The position numbers were made by a program, and so were the translations under genes. Below are positions 44,005 through 54,723 of a DNA stretch of 64,000 nucleotides, piece after piece. Every line of letters starts with the position of its first letter. The first letter of the stretch is position 1. Source of the DNA: an uncultured Flavobacteriales bacterium (lineage in GTDB: Bacteria; Bacteroidota; Bacteroidia; Flavobacteriales; UBA1820); NCBI GenBank assembly GCA_959608625.1, contig CAUHQV010000007.1, positions 589 to 64,588 of the forward strand, read 5' to 3'. The notes beneath the pieces were generated by a model. It had not been told where the DNA came from. It ran no database searches and saw only the letters and a program-made list of their open reading frames with translations.

Positions 44005-44589
44005 TTATTTTTCCTCTTCCTTTTCGTCTTTCTTTGCGGCGGGTTTCTTGGCAGCGGGCTTTTTAGCGGCCTTCGGTTCTGCGGCCTTTTCCTCTGCTTT
44101 AACCTCTGCCTCTACAGCCTGTTCTGCTACGGGTTCCTCCACAGCATCTTCCGCTTTCTTCTTTCCGGCACGACGCGTACGGGGCTTTTTAGCAGCCGCA
44201 ACTTCGGCTTTTCCATTGGCAGAATAGATGGCGTTGAAATCCACCAACTCGATCATGCACATTTCGGCAGCGTCACCCAAACGGTTCCCGAGTTTGATGA
44301 TGCGGGTATATCCTCCGGGACGGTCGCCTACTTTAGTAGCGATCTCACCGAAAAGCGCCTTCACGGCATCCTTGTTCTGCAGGTATGAGAATACCATACG
44401 ACGGGAGTGCGTTTCGTCTTTTTTGCCTTTGGTGATCAGCGGCTCGATATACTTGCGGAGTTCGCGGGCCTTAGCCAGCGTAGTATTGATCCTTTTGTGC
44501 TCTATCAGGGAGCATGCCATGTTGGCCATCAGCGCCTTGCGGTGAGCTGATGTGCGGCCAAGGTGGTTTACTTTTTTTCCGTGTCTCAT
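44005..44589 (-). CDS. rplQ: 50S ribosomal protein L17 with a roughly 75-aa Ala/Lys/Glu-rich C-terminal extension
   Basis: [20 protein letters not shown]... is the L17 core. The tail is ...[18 protein letters not shown]...[21 protein letters not shown]. Confidence 0.95.
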   Translation of the reverse strand: MRHGKKVNHLGRTSAHRKALMANMACSLIEHKRINTTLAKARELRKYIEPLITKGKKDETHSRRMVFSYLQNKDAVKALFGEIATKVGDRPGGYTRIIKLGNRLGDAAEMCMIELVDFNAIYSANGKAEVAAAKKPRTRRAGKKKAEDAVEEPVAEQAVEAEVKAEEKAAEPKAAKKPAAKKPAAKKDEKEEEK

Positions 44590-44627
44590 TTATGTAAATG
44601 ACAAGCCTTTCGGGCTCTACGTATTTG

Positions 44628-45620
44628 TTATTCTTTATCCAGTTTATACTTAGTGAGGTCCATACCGAACTGAAGCCCCTTGTTGGCCACCAATTCCTCC
44701 AATTCGGTCAGGGATTTCTTCCCGAAATTGCGGAATTTCATCAGATCCGATTTATTGTAGGCCACCAGTTCGCCCAAAGTTTCCACTTCGGCGGCTTTCA
44801 GGCAGTTCAACGCACGAACCGACAGGTCGAGGTCGACCAGTTTGGTTTTAAGCAGTTGGCGCATATGGAGCGACTCCTCATCGTAATTCTCACTCTTGGC
44901 AATATCATCGGATTCCAGGGTGATGCGCTCGTCTGAGAACAGCATGAAATGGTGGATCAATATTTTGCTGGCCTCGGTAAGAGCATCCTTCGGAGAGATA
45001 GACCCATCTGTCTTTATCTCCAGCACCAGTTTCTCGTAGTCGGTCTTCTGCTCGACACGATAGTTTTCGACAGCATATTGTACATTCTTTATCGGAGTGT
45101 AAATCGCATCGATCGCTATGGTGTTCATGGGAACGCCCTGCTTCTTGTTTTCCTCTGCCGGAACGAAACCGCGGCCTTTCTCAATGGTAAAATCCATATT
45201 GAAACGCACCGTAGGCTCCATCGTGCAGATTACCAGTTCGGGGTTGAGTACCTGGAAACCGGAAATAAAGCGCTGAAAATCACCGGCCGTAATCTTATCG
45301 GTTCCGGTAATGGAAACGCTCACGTTTTCCGTTTCGGTATCTTCCACCTGACGGCGGAAACGCACCTGCTTGAGATTGAGGATAATCTCGGTCACGTCTT
45401 CCACCACACCGGGTATCGTGGTGAACTCGTGCTCTACTCCCTCTATACGAATGCCGGTAATGGCAAAGCCCTCGAGCGAAGAGAGAAGAACCCTCCTCAG
45501 GGCATTGCCTATGGTCAATCCGTACCCCTGTTCCAGAGGACGGAACTCGAACCGACCTTCGTTGTCCTGGGAGTGGATCATCACCACTTTGTCGGGCTTC
45601 TGAAAGTTTAGAATTGCCAT
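44628..45620 (-). CDS. rpoA: DNA-directed RNA polymerase alpha subunit
   Basis: 330 aa. [12 protein letters not shown]...[12 protein letters not shown]... with a C-terminal alpha-CTD ([21 protein letters not shown]). Confidence 0.97.
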   Translation of the reverse strand: MAILNFQKPDKVVMIHSQDNEGRFEFRPLEQGYGLTIGNALRRVLLSSLEGFAITGIRIEGVEHEFTTIPGVVEDVTEIILNLKQVRFRRQVEDTETENVSVSITGTDKITAGDFQRFISGFQVLNPELVICTMEPTVRFNMDFTIEKGRGFVPAEENKKQGVPMNTIAIDAIYTPIKNVQYAVENYRVEQKTDYEKLVLEIKTDGSISPKDALTEASKILIHHFMLFSDERITLESDDIAKSENYDEESLHMRQLLKTKLVDLDLSVRALNCLKAAEVETLGELVAYNKSDLMKFRNFGKKSLTELEELVANKGLQFGMDLTKYKLDKE

Positions 45621-45648
45621 AGAATTTTTTTTCGTTAAAAAATCGGTA

Positions 45649-46251
45649 TTACTTAGAATACAACTCGACGATAAGCTGCTCCTTGATATTTTCCGGGATC
45701 TGAACGCGATCCGGAATAGCTACGAACGTCCCTTCCTTGGTCTCGTCATTCCACTGAAGCCAATCATAGGATTTGCGGGCGGCGAGCGAAACGGCGACAG
45801 CTTCCAGCGATTTGGATTTTTCGCGGACAGCCACCTTGTCCCCTGCCTTGAGACAGTACGAAGGGATGTTGACCACCTCTCCGTTCACGGTGATATGCCG
45901 GTGTCCTACCAACTGGCGTGCAGCAGCCCGCGTGGGAGCGATCCCCAAACGGTATACTACATTGTCCAGGCGGGATTCGCAAAGCTGGAGCAGAATCTCA
46001 CCGGTAATTCCGCTGGCGCGCTGGGCTTTCTCGAAAATATTGCGGAACTGCCTTTCCAGAATACCATACGTATACTTTGCCTTTTGTTTCTCCTGCAACT
46101 GAGTAGCATATTCTGAACGTTTTGCACGGCGACGGGCCATACCATGCTGTCCGGGAGGATAGTTGCGTTTTTCAAACGAACGATCTTCTCCGTAAATGGC
46201 CTCGCCAAACTTACGTGCAATCTTAGTTTTTGGACCTATATATTTTGCCAT
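45649..46251 (-). CDS. rpsD: 30S ribosomal protein S4
   Basis: [17 protein letters not shown]... in the conserved operon position. Confidence 0.97.
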   Translation of the reverse strand: MAKYIGPKTKIARKFGEAIYGEDRSFEKRNYPPGQHGMARRRAKRSEYATQLQEKQKAKYTYGILERQFRNIFEKAQRASGITGEILLQLCESRLDNVVYRLGIAPTRAAARQLVGHRHITVNGEVVNIPSYCLKAGDKVAVREKSKSLEAVAVSLAARKSYDWLQWNDETKEGTFVAIPDRVQIPENIKEQLIVELYSK

Positions 46252-46289
46252 TTTCTGTGTTACCTTTTGGTATTAATTATACTACTCTT

Positions 46290-46682
46290 TTATACTCTTC
46301 TGCGTTTGGGAGGACGGCAACCATTGTGGGGCAAAGGAGTAACGTCAACGATTTCGGTTACTTCGATTCCCGAGGTATGGATCGTACGGATAGCGGACTC
46401 GCGTCCGTTGCCCGGGCCTTTCACATACACTTTCACTTTCCTCAGTCCGGCATCCAAAGCGACTTTCGCGGCATCTTCAGCGGCTGTCTGAGCTGCATAA
46501 GGAGTATTCTTCTTCGAACCTTTGAAACCCATCTTACCGGCCGAAGACCAGGAGATCACCTGTCCGGCTTTATTGGTAAGGGTCACGATCAGGTTGTTGA
46601 ACGAAGCGCTTACGTGAGCCTCTCCCACGGGCTCAACGGCCACTTTGCGTTTCTTGGTGCTTGCTTTCGTATTTTTGGCCAT
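46290..46682 (-). CDS. rpsK: 30S ribosomal protein S11
   Basis: ...[19 protein letters not shown]...SWSSAG..GFKGSKK.TPYAAQ. Confidence 0.97.
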   Translation of the reverse strand: MAKNTKASTKKRKVAVEPVGEAHVSASFNNLIVTLTNKAGQVISWSSAGKMGFKGSKKNTPYAAQTAAEDAAKVALDAGLRKVKVYVKGPGNGRESAIRTIHTSGIEVTEIVDVTPLPHNGCRPPKRRRV

Positions 46683-46692
46683 ATCCTATTTA

Positions 46693-47070
46693 TTATTTAG
46701 TGGCTTTCTTCTTATTTGCAACTGTCTTACGTTTACCCTTACGCGTACGGGAGTTGTTCTTGGTACGCTGTCCGCGCAACGGAAGGCCGTTACGATGACG
46801 GATACCCCGGTAGCAACCGATGTCCATAAGACGTTTGATACTCATCTGTACTTCCGAACGGAGCTCGCCTTCCACTTTAAAATTGTCGGCTATCCCCTTG
46901 CGGATCAGCGCAAGTTCGTCGTCGTTCCATTCGTTGACTTTTTTGTCTTCGCTTATCCCTGCCTCAGCCAGGATTTTCTGAGCTCTGCTCTTACCTATTC
47001 CGAATATGTAAGTGAGGCCGATAACCCCTCTCTTATTCTTTGGTAAGTCTACCCCTGCAATTCTTGCCAT
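46693..47070 (-). CDS. rpsM: 30S ribosomal protein S13
   Basis: [26 protein letters not shown]... Confidence 0.97.
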   Translation of the reverse strand: MARIAGVDLPKNKRGVIGLTYIFGIGKSRAQKILAEAGISEDKKVNEWNDDELALIRKGIADNFKVEGELRSEVQMSIKRLMDIGCYRGIRHRNGLPLRGQRTKNNSRTRKGKRKTVANKKKATK

Positions 47071-47099
47071 AAGACTTTATATGATCGTTTTTTAATTAA

Positions 47100-47216
47100 T
47101 TATCCCTGCCTTTGTTTGAGCTTGGGGTTCTTTTTGTTAATGATGTACAAGCGGCCTTTTCTGCGGACAATCTTGCATTCAGGGCTGCGTTTCTTCAGTG
47201 ATGATCTTACCTTCAT
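47100..47216 (-). CDS. rpmJ: 50S ribosomal protein L36 (non-zinc C-minus form)
   Basis: This gene is not in the ORF track because it is too short. My translation is [38 protein letters not shown], 38 aa plus TAA. Confidence 0.93.
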   Translation of the reverse strand: MKVRSSLKKRSPECKIVRRKGRLYIINKKNPKLKQRQG

Positions 47217-47266
47217 TTTTTTGGTGTATTTTTTGCGCTCCTACAGAGCAAAATGTTATACTGCGA

Positions 47267-47482
47267 TTAAAACCTGTAAGTAATGCGGGCCTTGGACAGG
47301 TCGTAGGGAGACATCTCCAACTTCACCCGGTCGCCGGGAAGAAGTTTGATGTAGTGCATACGCATCTTTCCCGATATGTGGGCGATTACCACATGGCCGT
47401 TATCCAACTCTACGCGGAACATGGCGTTGGAAAGAGCTTCTGTAATGGTTCCCTCGACTTCGATAGCCGTTTGCTTCGACAT
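47267..47482 (-). CDS. infA: Translation initiation factor IF-1
   Basis: [30 protein letters not shown]... Confidence 0.97.
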   Translation of the reverse strand: MSKQTAIEVEGTITEALSNAMFRVELDNGHVVIAHISGKMRMHYIKLLPGDRVKLEMSPYDLSKARITYRF

Positions 47483-47491
47483 ACTCGCTCC

Positions 47492-48817
47492 TTACTTTTT
47501 AATTTTACCGGTCTTCATCAACCCGTCGTAATGGCGGTTGAGAAGATATGAATTGATCTGCTGGATAGTATCGATCACGACACCTACCATAATCAGCAGC
47601 GATGTTCCCCCGAAGAACGAGGCAAAGTGGGTATCCACTCCCGCCAGACGTGCAAAGGTAGGAAGAATTGCGATAAGAGCCAACGCAATGGCTCCCGGAA
47701 GGGTAAGCAACGACAGTATCCTGTCGAGCAAATCCGCTGTCGGGCCTCCGGGCTTCACGCCGGGGATAAAACCGCCGTTGCGTTTCAGGTCGTCGGCCAT
47801 ATCGTTGGTTTTAACCGCAATAGCGGTATAAAGATAGGTGAACGCGATAATCAGCACTGCCAGTACCACATTGTACCAGAGTCCGAACATATCGGAGAAC
47901 GCCATCTTGACCGAATCGCTGAACATGCCTCCGATGAGTCCCGGAATGAACATGATAGCCTGGGCGAAAATGATAGGCATCACGCCTGCCGTATTTACCT
48001 TCAACGGTATATACTGGCGCTTTCCGCTAGGCATCTGGCGGCCCATTTGTCCGGAAGCAGCCACAGCTTTCGCATATTGCACGGGGATCTTCCGCACACC
48101 CTTGACCAGCATGACCGTAAACAGGATCACAGCGAGCCACAAGACAGCCTCCACCAAGAGCATGACCACTCCACCTGCGCCACCGCCGGTGAATTTAGTG
48201 GTAAATTCCTGTGCAAGGGCTATCGGAAGGCGGGCAATAATACCGATCGTAATGATCAGGGACACACCGTTCCCCACTCCCTTATCGGTGATACGTTCAC
48301 CCAGCCACATAGTGAACATCGTTCCGGTGACCAACAAGACAATCGAACTCGTATAGAACATCCCCATATTGATACCCGGAGCCACAATATGGTATTGTGA
48401 ATCGATGGCCACGATATAGGAAAATCCCTGCACGGCTGCAATGGCAATGGTCAGCCAACGGGTAATCTGAGTGAGTTGTTTACGTCCGCTTTCCCCGTCT
48501 TTCTGCAGTTTCTGCAGCGCCGGCACCGCAAAGGCCATCAACTGAACAACGATAGATGCCGAAATGTACGGCATCACACCCAGACCGAGAATAGCCGCAT
48601 GCGCAAACGCACCTCCGGTAAACGAGTTCAAAAGACCGAGCAGTCCATTGTTGGCTGTCGCTTCGCTCAAACCTTTGAGCTGATCGACATCGACGCCGGG
48701 CAGCGGTACGAAAGACCCGAAACGGTAAACGGCCAAGAGGACCAGGGTAAATAATATCCTGTCCCGCAGTTCCTTTATCTTCCAGATGTTGCCCAGTGTT
48801 TCAAAAAAGTTTTTCAT
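47492..48817 (-). CDS. secY: Preprotein translocase subunit SecY
   Basis: 441 aa, polytopic. The sequence reads ...LGLLNSFTGGA....ILGLGVMPYISASI..QL. Confidence 0.97.
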   Translation of the reverse strand: MKNFFETLGNIWKIKELRDRILFTLVLLAVYRFGSFVPLPGVDVDQLKGLSEATANNGLLGLLNSFTGGAFAHAAILGLGVMPYISASIVVQLMAFAVPALQKLQKDGESGRKQLTQITRWLTIAIAAVQGFSYIVAIDSQYHIVAPGINMGMFYTSSIVLLVTGTMFTMWLGERITDKGVGNGVSLIITIGIIARLPIALAQEFTTKFTGGGAGGVVMLLVEAVLWLAVILFTVMLVKGVRKIPVQYAKAVAASGQMGRQMPSGKRQYIPLKVNTAGVMPIIFAQAIMFIPGLIGGMFSDSVKMAFSDMFGLWYNVVLAVLIIAFTYLYTAIAVKTNDMADDLKRNGGFIPGVKPGGPTADLLDRILSLLTLPGAIALALIAILPTFARLAGVDTHFASFFGGTSLLIMVGVVIDTIQQINSYLLNRHYDGLMKTGKIKK

Positions 48818-48828
48818 CTGCCTTTTGT

Positions 48829-49281
48829 TTAGATGGTGTTCGCCTGGCCCTTGGCTTTTTCAATAGCTTCGGCTGCACTTTTTGAAAATTTGTGAACGGT
48901 CACGTTCAGAGCGGCTTTAAGCTCTCCCTGGCCCAATACTTTCACAAAATCGTTCTTGCTTGCCAGACCGTTCTTGATCAGCGTATCGATGGTAACTACC
49001 CCGTCCGTGATCTTGCCATTATCGACAAGCGCCTGGAGCGTAGCCAGGTTCACGGCACGGTATTCCACCCGGTTGATGTTCTTGAAGCCGAATTTCGGCA
49101 CACGCCGCTGAAGCGGCATCTGACCTCCCTCGAATCCAACTTTGTGCTTGGCGCCGGAACGGGACATCTGTCCTTTCAGCCCGCGGGTAGAAGTACCACC
49201 CTTACCGGATCCTTGTCCACGGCCAACCCTTTTGCCTCTCTTAACGGCACCCTCTGCGGGTTTCAGATTGTGTAAATTCAT
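48829..49281 (-). CDS. rplO: 50S ribosomal protein L15
   Basis: MNLHNLKPAEGAVKRGKRVGRGQGSGKGGTSTRG.KGQ.SRSG. Confidence 0.97.
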   Translation of the reverse strand: MNLHNLKPAEGAVKRGKRVGRGQGSGKGGTSTRGLKGQMSRSGAKHKVGFEGGQMPLQRRVPKFGFKNINRVEYRAVNLATLQALVDNGKITDGVVTIDTLIKNGLASKNDFVKVLGQGELKAALNVTVHKFSKSAAEAIEKAKGQANTI

Positions 49282-49383
49282 TTTTTACCTTTTTAAAAGG
49301 ATTTTACGAGTCGGTTTCCCTAAAGACGGTACCCGCCCCCTAAACAACGGATACCCCTACACCGAAAAAATCCCGTGTGATTA

Positions 49384-49566
49384 TTATTTTACTTCTTCTA
49401 CTTTTACAAGGTGAGCCACTTTGTTGACCATACCCATCAGGGCATCGTTAGCTTCCTTTACTACCGAACTGTTCATTTTCTTCAGTCCGAGTGCGTCCAG
49501 GGTTCTCTTCTGATCCTTGGGATGGCCTATGCGGCTACGCACCTGTGTGATTTTTATCTGTGCCAT
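49384..49566 (-). CDS. rpmD: 50S ribosomal protein L30
   Basis: [28 protein letters not shown]. Confidence 0.96.
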   Translation of the reverse strand: MAQIKITQVRSRIGHPKDQKRTLDALGLKKMNSSVVKEANDALMGMVNKVAHLVKVEEVK

Positions 49567-49578
49567 TTTCTTTACGGA

Positions 49579-50106
49579 TTAACCCTTGAACACTTTTGAT
49601 ACCGATATTCCGCGCAATGCAGCTATCTGGTCCGCGCTACGCAACTGCGAAAGGGCGTTAAAAGTAGCTTTTACTACGTTGTGAGGGTTGGAAGACCCTT
49701 TCGACTTGGAAAGCACGTCGCTGATACCCACTGTCTCCAACACCGCACGAACGGCACCACCGGCGATCACACCGGTACCGGTCGAAGCAGGACGGATAAA
49801 GACGCTTGCTCCACTGAACTTGCCTTCCTGAGCGTGAGGCACGGTCGTGCCGAGAAGGGGAACGCGGATCAGGTTCTTTTTTGCATCCTCAATGGCTTTC
49901 ACGATGGCTTCGGACACCTCTTTCGATTTACCCAGACCGTGTCCTACGACACCTTTTCCATCGCCTACCACTACGATTGCCGAAAAACCGAAAGCCCGGC
50001 CTCCTTTGGTCACTTTGGTCACGCGGTTTACGCCTACCAGACGGTCTGTAAGTTCCAGACCGCTCGGTTTCACTCTTTCTACTGATTTACTGTATTCTTC
50101 AGCCAT
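49579..50106 (-). CDS. rpsE: 30S ribosomal protein S5
   Basis: ...[39 protein letters not shown]. Confidence 0.97.
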   Translation of the reverse strand: MAEEYSKSVERVKPSGLELTDRLVGVNRVTKVTKGGRAFGFSAIVVVGDGKGVVGHGLGKSKEVSEAIVKAIEDAKKNLIRVPLLGTTVPHAQEGKFSGASVFIRPASTGTGVIAGGAVRAVLETVGISDVLSKSKGSSNPHNVVKATFNALSQLRSADQIAALRGISVSKVFKG

Positions 50107-50113
50107 GATTCAT

Positions 50114-50467
50114 TTAAAATTTAAGACCTCCTTCTCTGGCTCCGTCGGCTAGCGCTTTCACGCGTCCGTGATACAGATATCCGGCACGGTCGAACGTGCA
50201 GGTATCTATGCCCAGTGCAAGAGCTTTTTCGGCTATTTTAAGACCTACTTTTTTTGCATTGTCAGCTTTCGCTCCCGAAGCATCGAAATCCTTCTCGCGA
50301 GAGGAAGCCGCTGCGAGCGTAACACCGTTCACGTCATCAATAAGCTGAACGTAAATCTCTTTGTTGCTTCTGAAGACCGACATGCGGGGACGTACAGCGG
50401 TACCGCTTATGGTGCGACGGATTCTGTAACGTATTCTCTGTCTTCTTTCTTGTTTACTTAATGCCAT
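50114..50467 (-). CDS. rplR: 50S ribosomal protein L18
   Basis: ...[20 protein letters not shown]...[24 protein letters not shown]. Confidence 0.97.
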   Translation of the reverse strand: MALSKQERRQRIRYRIRRTISGTAVRPRMSVFRSNKEIYVQLIDDVNGVTLAAASSREKDFDASGAKADNAKKVGLKIAEKALALGIDTCTFDRAGYLYHGRVKALADGAREGGLKF

Positions 50468-50479
50468 AGTAACAATCTG

Positions 50480-51025
50480 TTATGCCGACTTACCGGCTTT
50501 TCTTCTGATAATTTCACCAACAAACTTGATACCCTTTCCTTTGTAAGGTTCCGGTTTGCGCAGCGAACGGATCTTTGCACAAACTTTCCCCAAAAGCTCC
50601 TTATCGTGAGAATAAAGCTTGATGATAGGGTTCTGTCCTTTTTCGGAAACCGTTTCTACTTTTATTTCCGTGGGAAGCTCGATGATCACGTTGTGCGAGA
50701 ATCCGAGCGAAAGGTCCAGCTTCTGACCCTGGTTGACGGCGCGGTATCCCACACCCACCAACTCGAGTTGCTTGGTGAATCCTTCCGATACACCCTGTAC
50801 CATATTGGCGATCAGGGCACGGTAAGTACCATACAGGCTATGCGCCAGTTTGTCGTTATGTTCGGGGCGAACCACTATCACCTGGTCGCCTTCCTGTTTC
50901 ACGGTAACTTCTTTTATCTGCTGGGTAAGCTCTCCCTTCGGGCCCTTTACCGTGACGGCATCGGGAGCGATGGTAACGGTTACGCCCGCAGGTATAGTTA
51001 CTGGATGTTTACCTATTCGTGACAT
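50480..51025 (-). CDS. rplF: 50S ribosomal protein L6
   Basis: MSRIGKHPVTIPAGVTVTI....VTVKGPKGEL. Confidence 0.97.
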   Translation of the reverse strand: MSRIGKHPVTIPAGVTVTIAPDAVTVKGPKGELTQQIKEVTVKQEGDQVIVVRPEHNDKLAHSLYGTYRALIANMVQGVSEGFTKQLELVGVGYRAVNQGQKLDLSLGFSHNVIIELPTEIKVETVSEKGQNPIIKLYSHDKELLGKVCAKIRSLRKPEPYKGKGIKFVGEIIRRKAGKSA

Positions 51026-51046
51026 TTCTTGTTTTTCGTTTATGTG

Positions 51047-51445
51047 TTAGTAAACATAACATAATACCTCGCCGCCGATATTCTCTTCTTTGGCCTTCTT
51101 GTTGGTCATCAGACCTTTCGAAGTGGACATGATGGCGATACCCATACCTCCGAGCACACGCGGCAGTTCTTCGGCACCGGCATACTGACGCAAACCCGGG
51201 GACGAGATACGCTCCAACTTGGTGATGGCGCTCTGGCGGGTAGCTTTGTCATATTTGAGAGCTATCTTAATGCTCTGCGAAGGCCCTTCCCCTTCGAATT
51301 TGTAGTTGAGGATATAGCCCTGCTCGAAGAGGATCTTAGTGATCTCCCTCTTGAGGTTGGATGCTGGTATCTCAACCACTTTCTTACCGGCGCGGATCGC
51401 ATTGCGAAGCCTTGTCAGATAGTCTGCTATTGGATCTGTTATCAT
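51047..51445 (-). CDS. rpsH: 30S ribosomal protein S8
   Basis: MITDPIADYLTRLRNAIRAGKK. Confidence 0.97.
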   Translation of the reverse strand: MITDPIADYLTRLRNAIRAGKKVVEIPASNLKREITKILFEQGYILNYKFEGEGPSQSIKIALKYDKATRQSAITKLERISSPGLRQYAGAEELPRVLGGMGIAIMSTSKGLMTNKKAKEENIGGEVLCYVY

Positions 51446-51478
51446 AACTCTGTGTAATCCTTTTAATTATGTGATTTA

Positions 51479-51748
51479 TTACCAGCTTGCCTTTTTCACA
51501 CCGGGGATAAGTCCCTGGTTTGCCATTTCACGGAGCGTAACACGCGAAATACCGAACTGGCGGACATACCCGCGAGGACGGCCGGTGAGTTTGCAACGGT
51601 TGTGCAGACGAACCGGGGAAGCGTTCTTGGGCAGCTTTTGCAGACCTTCGTAATCTCCGGCGGCCTTCAGCGCTGCGCGCTTGGCGGCATATTTGGCAAC
51701 AAGTGCTTCACGTTTGCGCTCGCGCGCTTTCATTGATTCTTTAGCCAT
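51479..51748 (-). CDS. rpsN: 30S ribosomal protein S14 (long, non-zinc form)
   Basis: [21 protein letters not shown]...[11 protein letters not shown]... Confidence 0.97.
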   Translation of the reverse strand: MAKESMKARERKREALVAKYAAKRAALKAAGDYEGLQKLPKNASPVRLHNRCKLTGRPRGYVRQFGISRVTLREMANQGLIPGVKKASW

Positions 51749-51753
51749 TGTGC

Positions 51754-52305
51754 TTATTTCTTTTTAAATGGTAAACCGAATGCGGTGAGTAATGCTTTTG
51801 CTTCCTTATCGGTTTTGGCCGTGGTTACAAAAGTGATGTCCATACCGGAAATCTTGTTCACCTGATCGATGTTGATCTCCGGGAAAATGATCTGCTCGGT
51901 AACGCCCATATTGTAGTTACCGCGCCCGTCGAAACCGTTGGGATTGATCCCGTTGAAGTCGCGGATACGGGGCAGCGAAGCGCTCACCAAGCGGTCGAGG
52001 AACTCGTACATCTTGTCTGCGCGCAGCGTAACCTTCACGCCTATCGGCATTCCCTTACGGAGCTTGAACGAAGCCACGTCCTTTTTCGAATTGCATGCGA
52101 TAGCCTTCTGGCCGGCAATGCGAGTCGTTTCGTCAATGGCATATTCTATCTGTTTTTTGTCGGATACGGCAGTGCCTACACCTTTGGAGATAACGATCTT
52201 CTCCAAGGTAGGAACCATCATTACATTCTTGTATCCGAATTCGGACATAAGGGCAGGAACTACCTTTTCCTTATACTGTCCTTTAAGTCTTGGCTGGTAT
52301 GTCAT
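51754..52305 (-). CDS. rplE: 50S ribosomal protein L5
   Basis: ...[35 protein letters not shown]. Confidence 0.97.
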   Translation of the reverse strand: MTYQPRLKGQYKEKVVPALMSEFGYKNVMMVPTLEKIVISKGVGTAVSDKKQIEYAIDETTRIAGQKAIACNSKKDVASFKLRKGMPIGVKVTLRADKMYEFLDRLVSASLPRIRDFNGINPNGFDGRGNYNMGVTEQIIFPEINIDQVNKISGMDITFVTTAKTDKEAKALLTAFGLPFKKK

Positions 52306-52619
52306 CGTATTACCTCCCCTGATTTTTTAGAAACCCTAACTTTCTTGTCCCCTTCCATCTTGTAGCCTACACGCGTAGCTTTCCCGCTCTTGGGATCCAG
52401 CAACGAAAGGTTGGAAATGTGAATGGGGGCTTCCGTCTTCACGATACCGCCCTGGGGGTTCTTCGCATCGGGTTTTTTGTGTTTGGATACCACATTGACA
52501 CCCTCTACGATTGCTTTGTTATCTTCGGGAAAAACACGAAGGACTTCTCCTTCCTTGCCCTTGGAACCACCGGAAATAACGACAACCTTGTCTCCTTTTT
52601 TGATTTTCAGTTTTGTCAT
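52302..52619 (-). CDS. rplX: 50S ribosomal protein L24
   Basis: Start set at [26 protein letters not shown]. The track start at 52631 (MERIM...) would nearly abut the rplN stop. The gene overlaps rplE by 4 nt. Confidence 0.93.
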   Translation of the reverse strand: MTKLKIKKGDKVVVISGGSKGKEGEVLRVFPEDNKAIVEGVNVVSKHKKPDAKNPQGGIVKTEAPIHISNLSLLDPKSGKATRVGYKMEGDKKVRVSKKSGEVIR

Positions 52620-52633
52620 GATCCTTTCCAATG

Positions 52634-53002
52634 TTAAAGCACTTCGGGTGCGAGTGATACGATCTTCATGAACTGTTTGTCACGCAATTCGCGTGCCACG
52701 GGTCCGAATACGCGGGTACCGCGCATCTCCCCGGCTGCGCTCAAAAGAACGCAGGCATTGTCATCGAAACGAATGTACGATCCGTCGGGACGACGCACCT
52801 CTTTCTTCGTTCTGACTACAACTGCCTTAGATACCTGGCCTTTCTTTACGCTTCCCGTCGGGGTGGCATCCTTTACGGTCACCACAATGGTGTCGCCAAG
52901 CGATGCATACCGTCTGCCGGTACCGCCCAGTACACGTATCACAAGCACCTCGCGGGCGCCTGTGTTATCGGCCACTTTTAATCTTGACTCTTGTTGTAAC
53001 AT
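52634..53002 (-). CDS. rplN: 50S ribosomal protein L14
   Basis: [27 protein letters not shown]. Confidence 0.97.
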   Translation of the reverse strand: MLQQESRLKVADNTGAREVLVIRVLGGTGRRYASLGDTIVVTVKDATPTGSVKKGQVSKAVVVRTKKEVRRPDGSYIRFDDNACVLLSAAGEMRGTRVFGPVARELRDKQFMKIVSLAPEVL

Positions 53003-53006
53003 AATA

Positions 53007-53264
53007 TTATTTAGCTCTTTCTATGATTTCGACTAATCTCCAGCGCTTGTTCTTCGACAGAGGACGCGTCTCCATGATGCGCACCGTGTCTCCGATATTG
53101 CAGGCGTTCTGGTCATCGTGTGCATAGTATTTTTTCGTTTTGATCACGAATTTACCATACATCGGGTGTTTCACGCGCTTTACCTCGGAAACGACGATGG
53201 ATTTCTCCATTTTGTTCGAAGTAACCACTCCTATGCGCTCTTTTCTCAGATTTCTTGTTTCCAT
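53007..53264 (-). CDS. rpsQ: 30S ribosomal protein S17
   Basis: Trimmed to [25 protein letters not shown]. The longer track ORF overlaps rpmC. Confidence 0.95.
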   Translation of the reverse strand: METRNLRKERIGVVTSNKMEKSIVVSEVKRVKHPMYGKFVIKTKKYYAHDDQNACNIGDTVRIMETRPLSKNKRWRLVEIIERAK

Positions 53265-53274
53265 CTTCCGCTGA

Positions 53275-53469
53275 CTACTTTTGAAGTTCTCTTTTGGTAA
53301 GCTCAGTTGCAAGACGAGCAACCGTTCTACGCGTTTTGCGGATATCCATCGGGTTTTCCAAAGGATTCACCGCATGATTGAGGCGCTGCTCGGTGAGCTT
53401 GGCCTTGGTCTCAACCAGCTTCTCCTTAAGGTCAGCCGTCGACATCTCTTTTATTACGGATTGTTTCAT
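53275..53469 (-). CDS. rpmC: 50S ribosomal protein L29
   Basis: [34 protein letters not shown]. Confidence 0.96.
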   Translation of the reverse strand: MKQSVIKEMSTADLKEKLVETKAKLTEQRLNHAVNPLENPMDIRKTRRTVARLATELTKRELQK

Positions 53470-53481
53470 TTTGCGATCGGA

Positions 53482-53904
53482 TTAAGCTTCTACAAAATCG
53501 TGGGCTACTACGAACTTCGTCTTGATGGGAAGCTTCTGAGCGGCCAGGCGCAACGCCTCTTTGGCCACGTCAAAAGGAACGCCTCCCACCTCGAACATGA
53601 TACGTCCGGGAAGTACTACGGCTGCCCAATATTCCACGTTACCCTTACCTTTACCCTGGCGGACTTCGGCCGGCTTCTGGGTGATCGGCTTATCGGGGAA
53701 TATGCGGATCCAAAGTTGTCCTTCACGTTTCATATAACGCGTAGCTGCGATACGGGCCGCCTCTATCTGACGGGCGGTAATCCACTTCTGTTCGAGAGTC
53801 TTGAGTCCGAAAGTACCGAACGCTATCGTATGCCCTCTGTGGGAGAGGCCATGCATGCGGCCTTTCTGTACTTTACGAAATTTTGTTCTTTTAGGCTGTA
53901 ACAT
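53482..53904 (-). CDS. rplP: 50S ribosomal protein L16
   Basis: [19 protein letters not shown]. Confidence 0.97.
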   Translation of the reverse strand: MLQPKRTKFRKVQKGRMHGLSHRGHTIAFGTFGLKTLEQKWITARQIEAARIAATRYMKREGQLWIRIFPDKPITQKPAEVRQGKGKGNVEYWAAVVLPGRIMFEVGGVPFDVAKEALRLAAQKLPIKTKFVVAHDFVEA

Positions 53905-53928
53905 TTCTACTATATTTTGGCCTTGTTA

Positions 53929-54720
53929 TTATTTCCTTGCTTTTCTGTTACGGTCAGAACCACCACGTCTCTCGCCTCGTTCGCCGCGATCCCGACGTTC
54001 GCCGCGATCACCACGTCCTTCTCCACGACCGCCGCGGGGAGCCCCTGCGCCGCCGGTGGAAGGCTGAGAAGCAAAGTTAGGAGAAAGATCCTGCTTGCCG
54101 TAAAGTTCTCCGCGCATGATCCATACCTTGATACCGATACGGCCATACGTGGTATGGGCTTCAGCCAAAGCATAATCTATATCGGCACGGAATGTAGACA
54201 GAGGAATACGTCCTTCCTTGAAGGTTTCGCTACGTGCGATCTCGGCTCCGTTCAAACGGCCCGATACCATCACTTTGATACCTTCAGCGTTCATCCGCAT
54301 GGTAGAAGCCATCGCCATCTTAACAGCACGGCGGTACGAAATACGGCCTTCTACCTGGCGGGCGATGCTGGAACCTACGAGGTTGGCATCCAGTTCAGGC
54401 TTTTTGATCTCGAAGATATTTATTTGAACTTCCTTTCCGGTCAGTTTTTTCAACTCTTCCTTGATCTTGTCGACCTCCTGGCCGCCTTTACCGATGATGA
54501 TACCCGGGCGGGCGGTAAGAACCGTTACCGTAACGAGTTTCAGCGTACGTTCAATCACGATACGCGATACGCTGGCCTTGGCCAGACGGGCCATCAGATA
54601 CTTGCGGATCTTGCTGTCCTCTGTAATCTTATCTCCATAATCGTTGCCACCGTACCAGTTCGATTCCCAACCTTTGATGATTCCTAAACGGTTGCCTATC
54701 GGATTTGTCTTTTGTCCCAT
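53929..54720 (-). CDS. rpsC: 30S ribosomal protein S3 with an Arg/Gly/Glu-rich C-terminal tail
   Basis: [23 protein letters not shown]... is the S3 core. The tail is ...[41 protein letters not shown]. Confidence 0.96.
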   Translation of the reverse strand: MGQKTNPIGNRLGIIKGWESNWYGGNDYGDKITEDSKIRKYLMARLAKASVSRIVIERTLKLVTVTVLTARPGIIIGKGGQEVDKIKEELKKLTGKEVQINIFEIKKPELDANLVGSSIARQVEGRISYRRAVKMAMASTMRMNAEGIKVMVSGRLNGAEIARSETFKEGRIPLSTFRADIDYALAEAHTTYGRIGIKVWIMRGELYGKQDLSPNFASQPSTGGAGAPRGGRGEGRGDRGERRDRGERGERRGGSDRNRKARK

Positions 54721-54723
54721 TGC

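Noticed and set aside
43897-44388. Plus-strand ORFs (163 aa and 108 aa) antisense to the rplQ tail, with Phe/Leu/Gly-rich repeats.
   Set aside because: They are the reverse complement of the AKKPAAKK low-complexity tail of L17. They start inside the terminator region.
47100-47216. L36 has only one of the four zinc ligands. S14 (51479..51748) is the long Cys-less form.
   Set aside because: These are the known C-minus paralogue types of zinc-ribbon r-proteins and, as I recall, typical for Bacteroidota. I record them as annotation only.
53917-54687. 256-aa plus-strand ORF antisense to rpsC. Similar antisense ORFs run throughout the ribosomal array, for example 55537..56253, 58302..59129 and 47627..48400.
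   Set aside because: These are shadow frames opposite universally conserved r-protein, EF-G and SecY genes.
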